The notes: generated by a model not told the origin, from the sequence alone. A DNA stretch of 64,000 nt from Pseudobdellovibrionaceae bacterium (GCA_947444305.1 CANEZP010000012.1:74010-138009); one strand, 5' to 3'. Shown: positions 19,174 through 28,014, counted from the stretch's first letter. A program made the numbers and translations.

Positions 19174-20014
19174 TTCACGTACCGCCGGCACCCGCCCGGC
19201 ACAGAACAAAAATTCGCGTCCCGCAAAGGGCGCCCGCGGCCCGCAACGGCCGCCGATCCGGCAAGCGCCGGCTCCGGGCCAACCGCCGAAAGGCCGCTGC
19301 GTCGTCGGCATTCACGCGGTTACCGAACTCCTCAAGGTCCGCCCGCGCGCCATCGAGGAACTCTGGATGCGCGAGAAATACAACGACAATGCCGAGCTGA
19401 ACGCGCTCTTCGATTCGGCAAAGAATCTTAAGGTTCGCGTTCAAATGCAAAACCCCGCCGCCATGGATCGCATCATAGGTTCGCACCAAGGGGTGATGGC
19501 CTTCACCCAAGATGAACCCGAACTCGATTGGGAAATGCTTAAAAATGCTGAGACGGCCTGCCTCATCGCGCTTGATGAAGTCGAAGATCCCCACAATCTT
19601 GGTGCCGTATTAAGGACGGCGTGGTTGTTCGGCGCGAGCGGCGTTCTAACACCCGAACATCGCGCGGCGCACCTCTCACCGGCGGTCTCGAAGGTGGCGC
19701 AAGGCGCGGCCGAGCACATTCCCGTCAGCCGTGAAACCAACTTGCCGAGCCAACTCGAACAATTGAAGAAGTTGGGTTTCTGGGTCCTCGGCCTATCGCA
19801 CGAAGCAAAACAAGATTTATTTACCTTTGAAGTACCCAAAAAAGTGGTCTGGGTGCTTGGCTCGGAATCCTCCGGTTTGCGAAAATCGGTGTCGGGCGCG
19901 TGCGATGATTTAATCCGTATTCCCCAAAGCGCGCCGGAGGCCAGCTACAACGTTAGCGTCGCGGGCGCCGTCGCCATGGCCGAGACTTTCCGCCAGCATT
20001 CCCTCCAAAAGTAA
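19151..20014 (+). CDS. rlmB: SpoU/TrmH-family rRNA 2'-O-methyltransferase (RlmB-like) with a basic N-terminal extension
   Basis: SpoU motifs (LDEVEDPHNLGAVLRTA; VLGSESSGL; IPQ..ASYNVSVA). About 45-aa R/P/K-rich leader, so the start is uncertain. Confidence 0.7.
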   Translation: MKKFKKPNSRTAGTRPAQNKNSRPAKGARGPQRPPIRQAPAPGQPPKGRCVVGIHAVTELLKVRPRAIEELWMREKYNDNAELNALFDSAKNLKVRVQMQNPAAMDRIIGSHQGVMAFTQDEPELDWEMLKNAETACLIALDEVEDPHNLGAVLRTAWLFGASGVLTPEHRAAHLSPAVSKVAQGAAEHIPVSRETNLPSQLEQLKKLGFWVLGLSHEAKQDLFTFEVPKKVVWVLGSESSGLRKSVSGACDDLIRIPQSAPEASYNVSVAGAVAMAETFRQHSLQK

Positions 20015-20093
20015 GCGCGGAATCCTGGCCTAAACCGTCTCGTAATGAGAATGTAGGGGCATCCGTTTGCGGCCTGTGTATAATTGAAGGCGA

Positions 20094-20513
20094 GTGAAAG
20101 CGCGCCCGATCGAAATTTTACTCGTTCTCGTCTTGACCGCAACGGCGGTCTTTTTAGGCTATCGTCATTTCATAGTTGAACCGCCGACTCAAGCGCCGGT
20201 CGCAAAAGCAAAGCGCGACGCCGCCGCTACGGAAAAGCGAACGACATTTTTTAACCGCACCGACCTCCTTCTCTATTTTAAAAATCAAGAGAGAGCCGAA
20301 ATATTCGGCGAGCTCACGCCCGAGCAAAGAGATGTTCTTATCGCTTTGGTCAAAGGGCATTGCGGTCAAAACTACGATGCTGATTCGTGCGTGCACTACG
20401 TGATCGTTTGCGGGCGTCCATGTCTGGCTCACATCACCAATATCGAGCGCGCGCGTATGGCGTCGCACTATCAATTGCGACGCAAGCAACTTGGCTTACC
20501 CGAGTTGGAGTAA
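20094..20513 (+). CDS. Hypothetical membrane-anchored protein with four Cys
   Basis: GTG start, one N-terminal TM helix (IEILLVLVLTATAVFLGY), C-terminal HCGQNYDADSCVHYVIVCGRPC. Abuts the following gene. Confidence 0.4.
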   Translation: MKARPIEILLVLVLTATAVFLGYRHFIVEPPTQAPVAKAKRDAAATEKRTTFFNRTDLLLYFKNQERAEIFGELTPEQRDVLIALVKGHCGQNYDADSCVHYVIVCGRPCLAHITNIERARMASHYQLRRKQLGLPELE

Positions 20514-20515
20514 GC

Positions 20516-21973
20516 ATGAATCGTGTGGCCTTTACATTCATACTACTCATATCCATTGCGTTCCCGGCCGTGCCGTCGACGGCTGCGGAAGCGGGTACGG
20601 GCAACTGCGATGCGAGCGAAAAAGGCTTCCTAAAGAAACTCGATCGAGCGCGAAGTTATTTTACGCCGACGCGGCCGGGTTGCGACGAAGCGGCGAAGGG
20701 CGTGGGCGAAAAGTGTAGCGTGCCCAGAGGACAGTTCTGCGAAGATTTTAAAGATCAGGCGGGGATTGAGGCTTTGGGCCGCACGGGCGGCCAAGGAACC
20801 GCGGATCCATCAAACGATATGGTCAAAAAAATGCTTCGCACCGCGAACTGTTACCGCGGGGTGAAAGCGTGCCTGAATCATGAGCTCGAGAAAATCGATA
20901 AAGCCTGCGGGAAGGTCGACACGTCTAAGCCGGCTACCGGCGCGTCCGGTGCGGGGGCTTCGGCACCGGGTGCTAAAGCCAAAGCCGGATCTAAACCTCC
21001 CGCCCCGGCGGTTCCGGCGGAAAAGGATAAGGACAATTCGCCGATGTTCGGCTTGTTCGCGAAGGTGGATCTCCGAGAGATTGGCGACTGCATGACCGCT
21101 CAGGGCGCGGAGCTTGAGGCAAAAGCCCGCGAAGTGTTCGCGACCTCGAACAAGACTAAAACTCCCGAGCAATTAGCGCGGGAGCAGCTAATCTGCCGTG
21201 ATAAAACGAGCCGGGTTTGCGATTTAAATACCGACGGCACACAAAAAGCCGGTATCGCCGACGAAAAAAATCCGGAAGAAATGCGCGCTCGAGGGGCGAC
21301 GCCCGCACTCGTGGGCGACGCATGCTCGGGCACCTTGTTACGCGATGGGCAGACGGTAAGCACGGCCGGTCACTGCACCGAAGACATTAACGGCAGCGCG
21401 ACCCGTACGCTACAAGTGACGGACGGCAATGGCCAAACACAAACGGTCATGGGCCGTTGCGCCCGTGGGCAGTACGAACCGGGTAAACAGGATTTCTCGA
21501 CCTGCACACTCGACACGGCTTTGCCGGCGCCCGACAATTATTTACTCTCGCGCGACGACTCGATCGCAACCTGCCAAACCGTAGGGCTCGAGTACCGCTG
21601 TCCAAACTCGCGGCTGCAAAAGATTTCGAGCGAACCCGTCACCATATATGGATATACCAGTGATGAAGCGGGCGTACGGCGTCTCAACGTTTCGGAAGGC
21701 TACGTACGCTACGAGGAGCGGTACAATTCATTTTATACGTCGGCGCCGACCCAACCCGGAATCTCCGGAGCGGGATACATGGTTGATTTAGATGGGCGGC
21801 GGGTGATTTTATCTTCAAACTCTCACGGCTCATCGGCCGAGAGCGTTTACGGTGGTGCCGGAAATGTGCTCACCCCGGATCAACTTGAATTAACCAGAAC
21901 CCAGTTGCGTGCTCCGGTGACCCGGACCGGCGAGCCCCTCATGCGAAGCGTGATTAACGGCTCACGTCGGTAG
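20516..21973 (+). CDS. Secreted multidomain protein: Cys-rich N-domain, low-complexity linker, C-terminal trypsin-like (S1-type) serine peptidase
   Basis: ATG at 20516 starts a signal peptide (MNRVAFTFILLISIAFPAVPSTAAEA). His motif STAGHC, candidate Asp in DFSTCTLD, Ser motif QPGISGAGY. The ORF-track start at 20387 is rejected. Confidence 0.65.
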   Translation: MNRVAFTFILLISIAFPAVPSTAAEAGTGNCDASEKGFLKKLDRARSYFTPTRPGCDEAAKGVGEKCSVPRGQFCEDFKDQAGIEALGRTGGQGTADPSNDMVKKMLRTANCYRGVKACLNHELEKIDKACGKVDTSKPATGASGAGASAPGAKAKAGSKPPAPAVPAEKDKDNSPMFGLFAKVDLREIGDCMTAQGAELEAKAREVFATSNKTKTPEQLAREQLICRDKTSRVCDLNTDGTQKAGIADEKNPEEMRARGATPALVGDACSGTLLRDGQTVSTAGHCTEDINGSATRTLQVTDGNGQTQTVMGRCARGQYEPGKQDFSTCTLDTALPAPDNYLLSRDDSIATCQTVGLEYRCPNSRLQKISSEPVTIYGYTSDEAGVRRLNVSEGYVRYEERYNSFYTSAPTQPGISGAGYMVDLDGRRVILSSNSHGSSAESVYGGAGNVLTPDQLELTRTQLRAPVTRTGEPLMRSVINGSRR

Positions 21974-22796
21974 GTGATTGGATCGCCGGCCGCGCCTTCG
22001 GGTCACGAAGAAGAGGGTGCACAAAATCCCGCGTGGCGCAGTTTTCATTCTTCACAACGGGGCCTAACCAATTGCCGTCGCAGTAAATTTGCACGGCCCC
22101 TTCGGGCTTCGCGCATTCCGCGCTAAACACGCGGACCGTTCCCTCGGGTCTAGGGTTCGGATCCGTGACCTCATCGAAATTTTCCTTGAGCAAAAAGCGC
22201 GGTGCATCTTTCGGGCGGTTTCCCTCCAACCGGCGTGTGGTCAGCCCCGACATATTGAAAGATTCCTTCAAGCATTCGTAGGACCGGCCGGCACTCGCCG
22301 AACATGCCGGAAAAATGCGGCATAGAAGATCCTTTTTAGTTTTCGCGCTGACAAACCCCGGATGAATTAACGTAATGCTTTCACAATTCGAGCCCGGGTC
22401 GTTCGCGCCGATCCAGCGGCCCGCACAATACACTTGCGCAAGACCGGCATTGCCCCCGCATCCCGGCCCCGGCGAGAAAAGGCGAACGCTACCTTCATCT
22501 AGCGGTTCGGAGGCTTCCTGCCAGCCTTCTTGTCGAAGATCGGCCGCGACTTTGCTCGCAACCGCGCTCTCTAAAACTCGCTTGACCAGCTCCGATTCGC
22601 GAATCGCCGCGTTCAGGCACTGCGTCGATTCAGTCTTGATTCTAACTTTGCAGTTCCTAAAGTCGGCGCAGAAAGCGCTAGCGGTGGGCTCAGCGTGGAC
22701 GGCAATCACGAAAAAGAGATATGGAATAAGCGGCATTCGGCGAGTATATAAGGCGATTGGGCACAGAGAAATCGATTTTATGCGCGGTAAATTCAA
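21954..22796 (-). CDS. Secreted Cys-rich protein made of two tandem copies of an approximately 120-aa module
   Basis: Hydrophobic leader (LIPYLFFVIAVHAEP). Internal duplication EGSVRLFS..AQVYCAGRWIG..SNC..IHP and EGTVRVFS..VQIYCDGNWLG..ENC..VHP. Start uncertain (TTG 22796 or ATG 22736). Confidence 0.5.
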   Translation of the reverse strand: MNLPRIKSISLCPIALYTRRMPLIPYLFFVIAVHAEPTASAFCADFRNCKVRIKTESTQCLNAAIRESELVKRVLESAVASKVAADLRQEGWQEASEPLDEGSVRLFSPGPGCGGNAGLAQVYCAGRWIGANDPGSNCESITLIHPGFVSAKTKKDLLCRIFPACSASAGRSYECLKESFNMSGLTTRRLEGNRPKDAPRFLLKENFDEVTDPNPRPEGTVRVFSAECAKPEGAVQIYCDGNWLGPVVKNENCATRDFVHPLLRDPKARPAIQSPTDVSR

Positions 22797-22945
22797 CTCA
22801 GCTCAAAGCTAAGGGTGTTTCAGCGCATGGCGCGCCGAGCCATTCTATCGGCAAAGCTTTCAAGTCGATCCATTTGCCTGAATTATTGGCGTGAGTGGCT
22901 TCTTCGAAAAGCATGATAACCCTTCGGTTTCTTTAGAAATACCTT

Positions 22946-22974
22946 TTGACTGCAATCTCCACGCTCAGTAGAAC
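22946..22974 (+). promoter_or_regulatory. Candidate sigma-70 promoter of the tRNA-tuf operon
   Basis: TTGACT, 17-nt spacer, TAGAAC, about 70 nt upstream of the first tRNA. Confidence 0.25.
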
Positions 22975-23043
22975 CGTCATTTGCACGTCATGAATTTAAT
23001 CCTTATCGCATTTCGCGATCGGATTTGTTTTGGGCTTGCGGTT

Positions 23044-23119
23044 GCTGGTTTAGCTCAATTGGTAGAGCAGCTGATTTGTAATCAGCAGGTTGCGGGTTCG
23101 AGTCCCATAACCAGCTCCA
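23044..23119 (+). tRNA. tRNA-Thr (anticodon TGT)
   Basis: Cloverleaf read by hand: acceptor GCTGGTT/AACCAGC, anticodon loop TTTGTAA, T-loop TTCGAGT, encoded CCA. One C-A mismatch in the T stem. Confidence 0.85.
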
Positions 23120-23142
23120 TTGGTTAGTTAATTTTTGATTCT

Positions 23143-23228
23143 GGACAGGTGCCCGAGTGGCTAAAGGGGATGGACTGTAAATCCATTGGCTTATGTCTAC
23201 GTAGGTTCGAATCCTACCCTGTCCACCA
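23143..23228 (+). tRNA. tRNA-Tyr (anticodon GTA), long variable arm
   Basis: Acceptor GGACAGG/CCTGTCC, anticodon loop CTGTAAA, long extra arm, T-loop TTCGAAT, CCA. Confidence 0.9.
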
Positions 23229-23274
23229 CTTTCAAAAGTTTACGGCAAATGGTTTTTGTTTGTTTGTTAGATGA

Positions 23275-23351
23275 GCGGGAGTAGCTCAATTGGCTAGAGT
23301 ATCAGCCTTCCAAGCTGAGGGTTGCGAGTTCGAGACTCGTCTCCCGCTCCA
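23275..23351 (+). tRNA. tRNA-Gly (anticodon TCC)
   Basis: Acceptor GCGGGAG/CTCCCGC, anticodon loop CTTCCAA, T-loop TTCGAGA, CCA. Confidence 0.9.
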
Positions 23352-23426
23352 GTTTAATATTGGTTCGGCCGCGAGCGAGCGGCCTCACTGATAAGGGACG
23401 CCGTGATTGTGCGGCTACCACATTCA

Positions 23427-23460
23427 GTATCCAGGATACGGTTAGCGGTATCCAGGATAC
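23427..23460. repeat. Two identical 13-bp palindromes GTATCC-A-GGATAC, 21 bp centre to centre
   Basis: Exact copies at 23427-23439 and 23448-23460 in the tRNA-Gly/tRNA-Thr spacer. A partial third CAGGAT follows. Confidence 0.8.
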
Positions 23461-23476
23461 AGGATTGTATTTTGCT

Positions 23477-23551
23477 GCCCATGTGGCTCAGTGGTAGAGC
23501 ACACCCTTGGTAAGGGTGAGGTCGTGAGTTCGATTCTCACCATGGGCTCCA
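23477..23551 (+). tRNA. tRNA-Thr (anticodon GGT)
   Basis: Acceptor GCCCATG/CATGGGC, anticodon loop TTGGTAA, T-loop TTCGATT, CCA. Confidence 0.9.
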
Positions 23552-23564
23552 TCCGATGTGAGGT

Positions 23565-23604
23565 AGACGGCTTTCGCCGTCTCCATATGCGCCCGAAGGC
23601 GCAT
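23565..23604 (+). other. Two consecutive tetraloop hairpins between tRNA-Thr and tuf (processing or attenuation site candidate)
   Basis: AGACGGC-TTTC-GCCGTCT and ATGCGCC-CGAA-GGCGCAT, the second followed by GGGTTT. Confidence 0.4.
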
Positions 23605-23691
23605 GGGTTTGAGAGTTAGATTGTTTAGGTTTATGTAGTTTGAGATTGCGATTGAGATATTTAAAACGAGCCAACGGAGGAGATTACCCAA

Positions 23692-24882
23692 ATGGCAAAA
23701 GAGGCATTTAAGCGGGATAAGCCGCACGTCAACATCGGCACCATCGGTCACGTGGATCATGGTAAAACAACTTTGACCGCGGCGATCACTACCGTGATGG
23801 CGAAAGCGTCGGGCGGTATCGCCATGGCTTTCGATCAAATCGATAAAGCTCCGGAAGAAAAAGAGCGTGGTATCACGATCTCTACCTCACACGTTGAGTA
23901 CGAAACGGCTAACCGCCACTACGCTCACGTTGATTGCCCTGGTCACGCCGATTATGTGAAAAACATGATCACCGGCGCGGCGCAAATGGATGGCGCGATC
24001 TTGGTTTGCTCGGCCGCAGATGGTCCGATGCCGCAAACTCGCGAACACATTCTCTTGGCTCGCCAGGTTGGTGTTCCCGCGATCGTGGTTTTCATGAACA
24101 AAGTCGACATGGTTGACGATAAAGAATTGTTGGATCTCGTTGAGCTCGAAATTCGCGAACTTCTTTCGAAGTACGAATTCCCCGGCGACGACATTCCAAT
24201 CGTTAAAGGTTCTGCTTTGAAAGCACTTCAAGGCGAAGCCGGCGACGTTGGCGAAGGTTCGATCATGAAGTTGATGGAAGCCGTTGACGCTTACATCCCC
24301 GAGCCCGTACGTGCGACCGACAAACCCTTCCTTATGCCCGTCGAGGACGTTTTCTCGATCTCGGGTCGTGGAACGGTTGTTACCGGCCGTATCGAACGCG
24401 GTATCGTTAAAGTTGGACAAGAGATCGAAATCGTCGGTATCCGTCCCACTCAATTGACGACTATCACCGGTATCGAAATGTTCCGTAAACTTTTGGACGA
24501 AGGCCGCGCCGGCGACAACGCAGGTTGCTTGCTCCGTGGTACCAAAAAAGAAGACGTCGAACGTGGCCAAGTTATCTCGGCTAAAGGCTCGATCAAGCCG
24601 CACAAGAAGTTCAAAGGCGAAGCGTACATCCTGACGAAAGAAGAAGGCGGACGCCACACTCCTTTCTTCAAAGGATACCGCCCGCAGTTCTACTTCCGTA
24701 CGACGGACGTAACGGGTGTTGTGACCCTCAAAGAAGGTACCGAGATGGTTATGCCCGGTGACCGCGTTGAGATGGAAGTTGAATTGATCGCACCGATCGC
24801 CATGGAAAAAGAGCTTCGCTTCGCAATTCGCGAAGGCGGACGTACCGTTGGCGCCGGCGTTGTTGTCGCGATCTTAGAATAG
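23692..24882 (+). CDS. tuf: Elongation factor Tu
   Basis: 396 aa. [22 protein letters not shown] and the remaining EF-Tu motifs. tufB-like context downstream of tRNA Thr-Tyr-Gly-Thr. Confidence 0.97.
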   Translation: MAKEAFKRDKPHVNIGTIGHVDHGKTTLTAAITTVMAKASGGIAMAFDQIDKAPEEKERGITISTSHVEYETANRHYAHVDCPGHADYVKNMITGAAQMDGAILVCSAADGPMPQTREHILLARQVGVPAIVVFMNKVDMVDDKELLDLVELEIRELLSKYEFPGDDIPIVKGSALKALQGEAGDVGEGSIMKLMEAVDAYIPEPVRATDKPFLMPVEDVFSISGRGTVVTGRIERGIVKVGQEIEIVGIRPTQLTTITGIEMFRKLLDEGRAGDNAGCLLRGTKKEDVERGQVISAKGSIKPHKKFKGEAYILTKEEGGRHTPFFKGYRPQFYFRTTDVTGVVTLKEGTEMVMPGDRVEMEVELIAPIAMEKELRFAIREGGRTVGAGVVVAILE

Positions 24883-24916
24883 TTTCGAAGAAGCCTTAGC
24901 GAAGGCGGACGAATTT

Positions 24917-24943
24917 AAAGGGATTCCCGGTAGGGGTCCCTTT
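24917..24943 (+). terminator. Weak terminator or hairpin after tuf
   Basis: AAAGGGA...TCCCTTT stem followed by AATTTCA. Confidence 0.35.
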
Positions 24944-24972
24944 AATTTCATTAGTGTTTATGTTTTTTATGA

Positions 24973-25048
24973 AGGGCAGTAGCTCTAACGGTAGAGCGAA
25001 CGACTCCAAATCGTTAGGTTGTAGGTTCGAATCCTACCTGCCCTGCCA
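24973..25048 (+). tRNA. tRNA-Trp (anticodon CCA)
   Basis: Acceptor AGGGCAG/CTGCCCT, anticodon loop CTCCAAA, T-loop TTCGAAT, CCA. Canonical position before secE. Confidence 0.9.
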
Positions 25049-25074
25049 GTTCGGTCGATCGGAAGAACATTACG

Positions 25075-25094
25075 GATCGCAAGCGTGCGATCCT
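25075..25094. repeat. REP-like hairpin GGATCGCA-N4-TGCGATCC (copy 1 of 3)
   Basis: Perfect 8-bp stem. Same stem sequence and flanks as 53823-53842 and 53854-53873. Confidence 0.7.
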
Positions 25095-25108
25095 TCAACA
25101 GAGGGTTT

Positions 25109-25489
25109 ATGGAAGAGAAAAGTAACCAGAATTTAGTGAACTTCGGCTTCGTTATTGCCGGTGTCATTGGCTACTTAATCACCAACGTTGTGTTGGAGGT
25201 GTTGGCCGGGACTTTTGGTCCGGTGGCCCGTTTCCGCGAAATTGAATTGGTCCGTCACGGTTTACCCGTGGCCGTGGCCATCGCTATATTTTTGATTTTA
25301 TTTCTGAACCCCAAAGTTCAAAAGTGGGGCGACGAAGTCATTACTGAAGTCGGTAAAGTGGTTTGGCCCTCGCGCAAAGACACGATCGCTATGACGGTTG
25401 TTTGCTGCGTGATGGTTGTGATCGCCGGGATTGGTTTGGGAGTTTATGACTTCCTCGCCAGCCAGTTGATCAAAGTGTTCGTAAACTAA
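25109..25489 (+). CDS. secE: Preprotein translocase subunit SecE (three-TM form)
   Basis: ATG at 25109 with an AGAGGG SD. Three hydrophobic helices and the conserved EVGKVVWPSRKDT motif. The ORF-track start at 25085 lies inside the REP hairpin. Confidence 0.85.
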   Translation: MEEKSNQNLVNFGFVIAGVIGYLITNVVLEVLAGTFGPVARFREIELVRHGLPVAVAIAIFLILFLNPKVQKWGDEVITEVGKVVWPSRKDTIAMTVVCCVMVVIAGIGLGVYDFLASQLIKVFVN

Positions 25490-25502
25490 ATTCGAGGTTC
25501 AT

Positions 25503-26075
25503 GTGGCTGAAGAGACGGAAAATTCAAAACCTGCACGCGATACCGCTAATCTGAAATGGTATATCATCAATGTTCAGACCAGCTGCGAGCAAATGGCTAA
25601 AGCTTCGATTGAGGAACGCGTTCGGTCGCTTCACCTCGAAGATAAGTTCGGTCAGATTCTCATCCCTTCGGAAAACGTCGTCGAGCTCGTTAAAGGTAAA
25701 AAAGCGACGCGTTCACGCAAGTTCTTTCCCGGTTATATTTTCGTACAGATGGCGCTTGAAGATGCGACCTGGCACATCGTCAGAAACGCTTCGAAGGTCA
25801 CCGGTTTCGTGGGCAATAAAATGAAGCCCGCCGAAGTGCCCGAAGAACAAGTCATGCGCGTCACCAAACAAATGGAAATGGGCGCCGAAAAAGTGCAGCC
25901 CAAAGTGAAGTTCTCGCTCGGCGAGAACGTCACGGTCGTCGACGGTCCGTTCAGCGGATTCAACGGCGCCGTGGAAGAGATCAATCCCGAAAAAGGCAAA
26001 GTGAAAGTGCTGGTTAGCATTTTCGGTCGCCCGACGCCGGTTGAACTCGATTTCGTCCAGGTCGAAAAAACCTAG
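25503..26075 (+). CDS. nusG: Transcription termination/antitermination factor NusG
   Basis: KWYIINVQT.., FPGYIFVQM, KOW region GENVTVVDGPFSGFNGAVEEI. GTG start with a GAGG SD. Confidence 0.93.
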   Translation: MAEETENSKPARDTANLKWYIINVQTSCEQMAKASIEERVRSLHLEDKFGQILIPSENVVELVKGKKATRSRKFFPGYIFVQMALEDATWHIVRNASKVTGFVGNKMKPAEVPEEQVMRVTKQMEMGAEKVQPKVKFSLGENVTVVDGPFSGFNGAVEEINPEKGKVKVLVSIFGRPTPVELDFVQVEKT

Positions 26076-26169
26076 GCGTATAGATTTTTGATTTAAGATT
26101 TTTCCGGTTTCCGCGTGGTGCGGGGGCTGGTTATGAAACCCTAACTGTAAAGTGGGAAAGAAGGAAAAT

Positions 26170-26595
26170 ATGGCACGTAAGGTAACAGGCCAAATTAAAC
26201 TTCAGATACCGGCAGGGAAAGCCAATCCGGCTCCTCCCGTTGGACCGGCGCTTGGTCAGCATGGGGTAAACATTATGGAGTTCTGTAAGCAGTTTAATGC
26301 TCGCACTCAAAAAGAGGGCGACATGATCATTCCGGTGATCATTACTGTTTTTTCGGACCGTAGTTTTACCTTCATCACCAAAACGCCTCCAGTGTCTGTT
26401 CTGTTGAAAAAGGCCGCAAAATTAGAGAGTGGTTCGAAGATGCCGCAAAAAGACAAAGTCGGCAAAGTCACCATGGCCCAAATAACCCAGATTGCCACGC
26501 TTAAGATGCCCGATCTGAACTGCACCGAAGTTGAAAGTGCAATTCAGCAAGTGATCGGAACGTCGAAAAGCATGGGCTTAGAAATCGCGAAATAG
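26170..26595 (+). CDS. rplK: 50S ribosomal protein L11
   Basis: [47 protein letters not shown] at 26170 after AAGGAAAA. Confidence 0.95.
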   Translation: MARKVTGQIKLQIPAGKANPAPPVGPALGQHGVNIMEFCKQFNARTQKEGDMIIPVIITVFSDRSFTFITKTPPVSVLLKKAAKLESGSKMPQKDKVGKVTMAQITQIATLKMPDLNCTEVESAIQQVIGTSKSMGLEIAK

Positions 26596-26605
26596 GGAGT
26601 CGATC

Positions 26606-27310
26606 ATGAGCAAATCTGGAAAGCGGTTTTCGGCCGCAATTAAAAAAATCGACAGAAACACCCGCTACAGCATGAAGGACACCATGCCTTTGGTTGTAGA
26701 GACCGCGACCGCTAAGTTCGATGAAGCCATCGACGTTGCGGTGGTCTTGGGAGTTGATCCTAAGCAATCTGATCAGCAAGTTCGCGGTGCGGTAGATTTA
26801 CCGCATGGTTTGGGTAAAGCAGTTCGTGTAATTGTATTCGCTAAGGGTCCCAAAGAAGAGGAAGCCAAAGCAGCCGGCGCCGACTTTGTCGGTTCCGACG
26901 AGCTCGTTGCGAAAATCAACGGCGGCTGGCTGGATTTCGATAAGGCAATTGCTACTCCCGACATGATGGCGACGGTCTCAAAAGTTGCCAAAGTGCTCGG
27001 TCCACGTGGATTGATGCCTAACCCGAAAGTCGGCACGGTCACCATGAACGTGGGCGCCGCAGTCACCGCCGAGAAGAAGGGGAAACTCGACTTCCGCGTT
27101 GATAAAGCCGCCATCGTTCACGCCGTCATCGGCCGCAAGAGCATGGGCGCCGATAAACTGCGCGAAAACTTTAACGCCTTCATGGGCGCTCTTCTGAAAG
27201 CGAAGCCGTCGACCAGCAAAGGGAATTACCTGCGCGCGGTCACGCTCTCGTCGACGATGGGTCCCGGCGTGAAAATGGATTTGTCAGAGTTAGAAAACCA
27301 ACTGTCGTAA
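26606..27310 (+). CDS. rplA: 50S ribosomal protein L1
   Basis: KFDEAIDVAV.LGVDPKQSDQQVRG...LPHGLGK and the rest of the L1 fold. Confidence 0.95.
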   Translation: MSKSGKRFSAAIKKIDRNTRYSMKDTMPLVVETATAKFDEAIDVAVVLGVDPKQSDQQVRGAVDLPHGLGKAVRVIVFAKGPKEEEAKAAGADFVGSDELVAKINGGWLDFDKAIATPDMMATVSKVAKVLGPRGLMPNPKVGTVTMNVGAAVTAEKKGKLDFRVDKAAIVHAVIGRKSMGADKLRENFNAFMGALLKAKPSTSKGNYLRAVTLSSTMGPGVKMDLSELENQLS

Positions 27311-27471
27311 TCGACGGTGAATAACGGGCGCGTGGTTAGCGCCCATAAATTGTATCGCGATCGAAGAAAGTTGGGGTCCGTAAGGACTATAAATCGCGCC
27401 GAAGCTTTTTAGCGGAGGTGAGTCCCCACTGAGATCAATCGCGGTCGAACAGAAGAAAGAAGGAGGTAATC
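27311..27471 (+). promoter_or_regulatory. Candidate rplJ (L10) leader
   Basis: 161-nt untranslated spacer with several hairpins (for example GGGCGCGTGGTTAGCGCCC), at the position where L10/L12 autoregulatory leaders occur. Confidence 0.3.
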
Positions 27472-28014
27472 TTGCCGTTAATCACACGCGAGGATAAGCA
27501 GCAAGAAGTCACCAATCTTTCTGAAAAGTTTGGCCGTTCGAAAGCAGCATTCCTTGTCGATTTCAAAGGCATGGACGTGGAAAGTGTCACGAAGCTGCGT
27601 AAGACGCTAAAGCCAATCAATTCGGAAATGAAAGTGGTGCGCAACACTCTCGCTATCCGGGCCCTCACCGACCACGCGTCGTTGAAGCCGGTCCTGGAGA
27701 ACAAATTCGTCGGCACGAACGCTGTCGTATTTGCCTTTGAAGATCCCAGTGCAGTGGCGAAAGCCCTCACAGCCTTCGGTAAGGACGTGGAAGCGTTCCA
27801 AATGAAGTCGGGCGTTATGGATGGAGCCGCTTTAGACGAAGCCGGCATCAAAACCTTGGCGACTCTTCCTGGCAAAAACGAATTGCGCGCGATGCTACTT
27901 GGTACTCTGTCGGCTCCCATGACGAAACTTTTGGGAACTATGCAGGCCGTACCGGCGGGATTCGTAAGAGTGTTGGATGGTTACAGTAAAACTAAGGGCG
28001 AAACTGCTTCATAA
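27472..28014 (+). CDS. rplJ: 50S ribosomal protein L10
   Basis: TTG start after AAGGAGG. L10 N-domain (KAAFLVDFKGMDVESVTKLRKTL). Confidence 0.92.
   Translation: MPLITREDKQQEVTNLSEKFGRSKAAFLVDFKGMDVESVTKLRKTLKPINSEMKVVRNTLAIRALTDHASLKPVLENKFVGTNAVVFAFEDPSAVAKALTAFGKDVEAFQMKSGVMDGAALDEAGIKTLATLPGKNELRAMLLGTLSAPMTKLLGTMQAVPAGFVRVLDGYSKTKGETAS

Noticed and set aside
23488-23838. 116-aa minus-strand ORF, and ORFs at 24954-25136 (+) and 24985-25167 (-)
   Set aside because: They overlap tRNA-Thr, the tuf start, or tRNA-Trp. Shadow ORFs.
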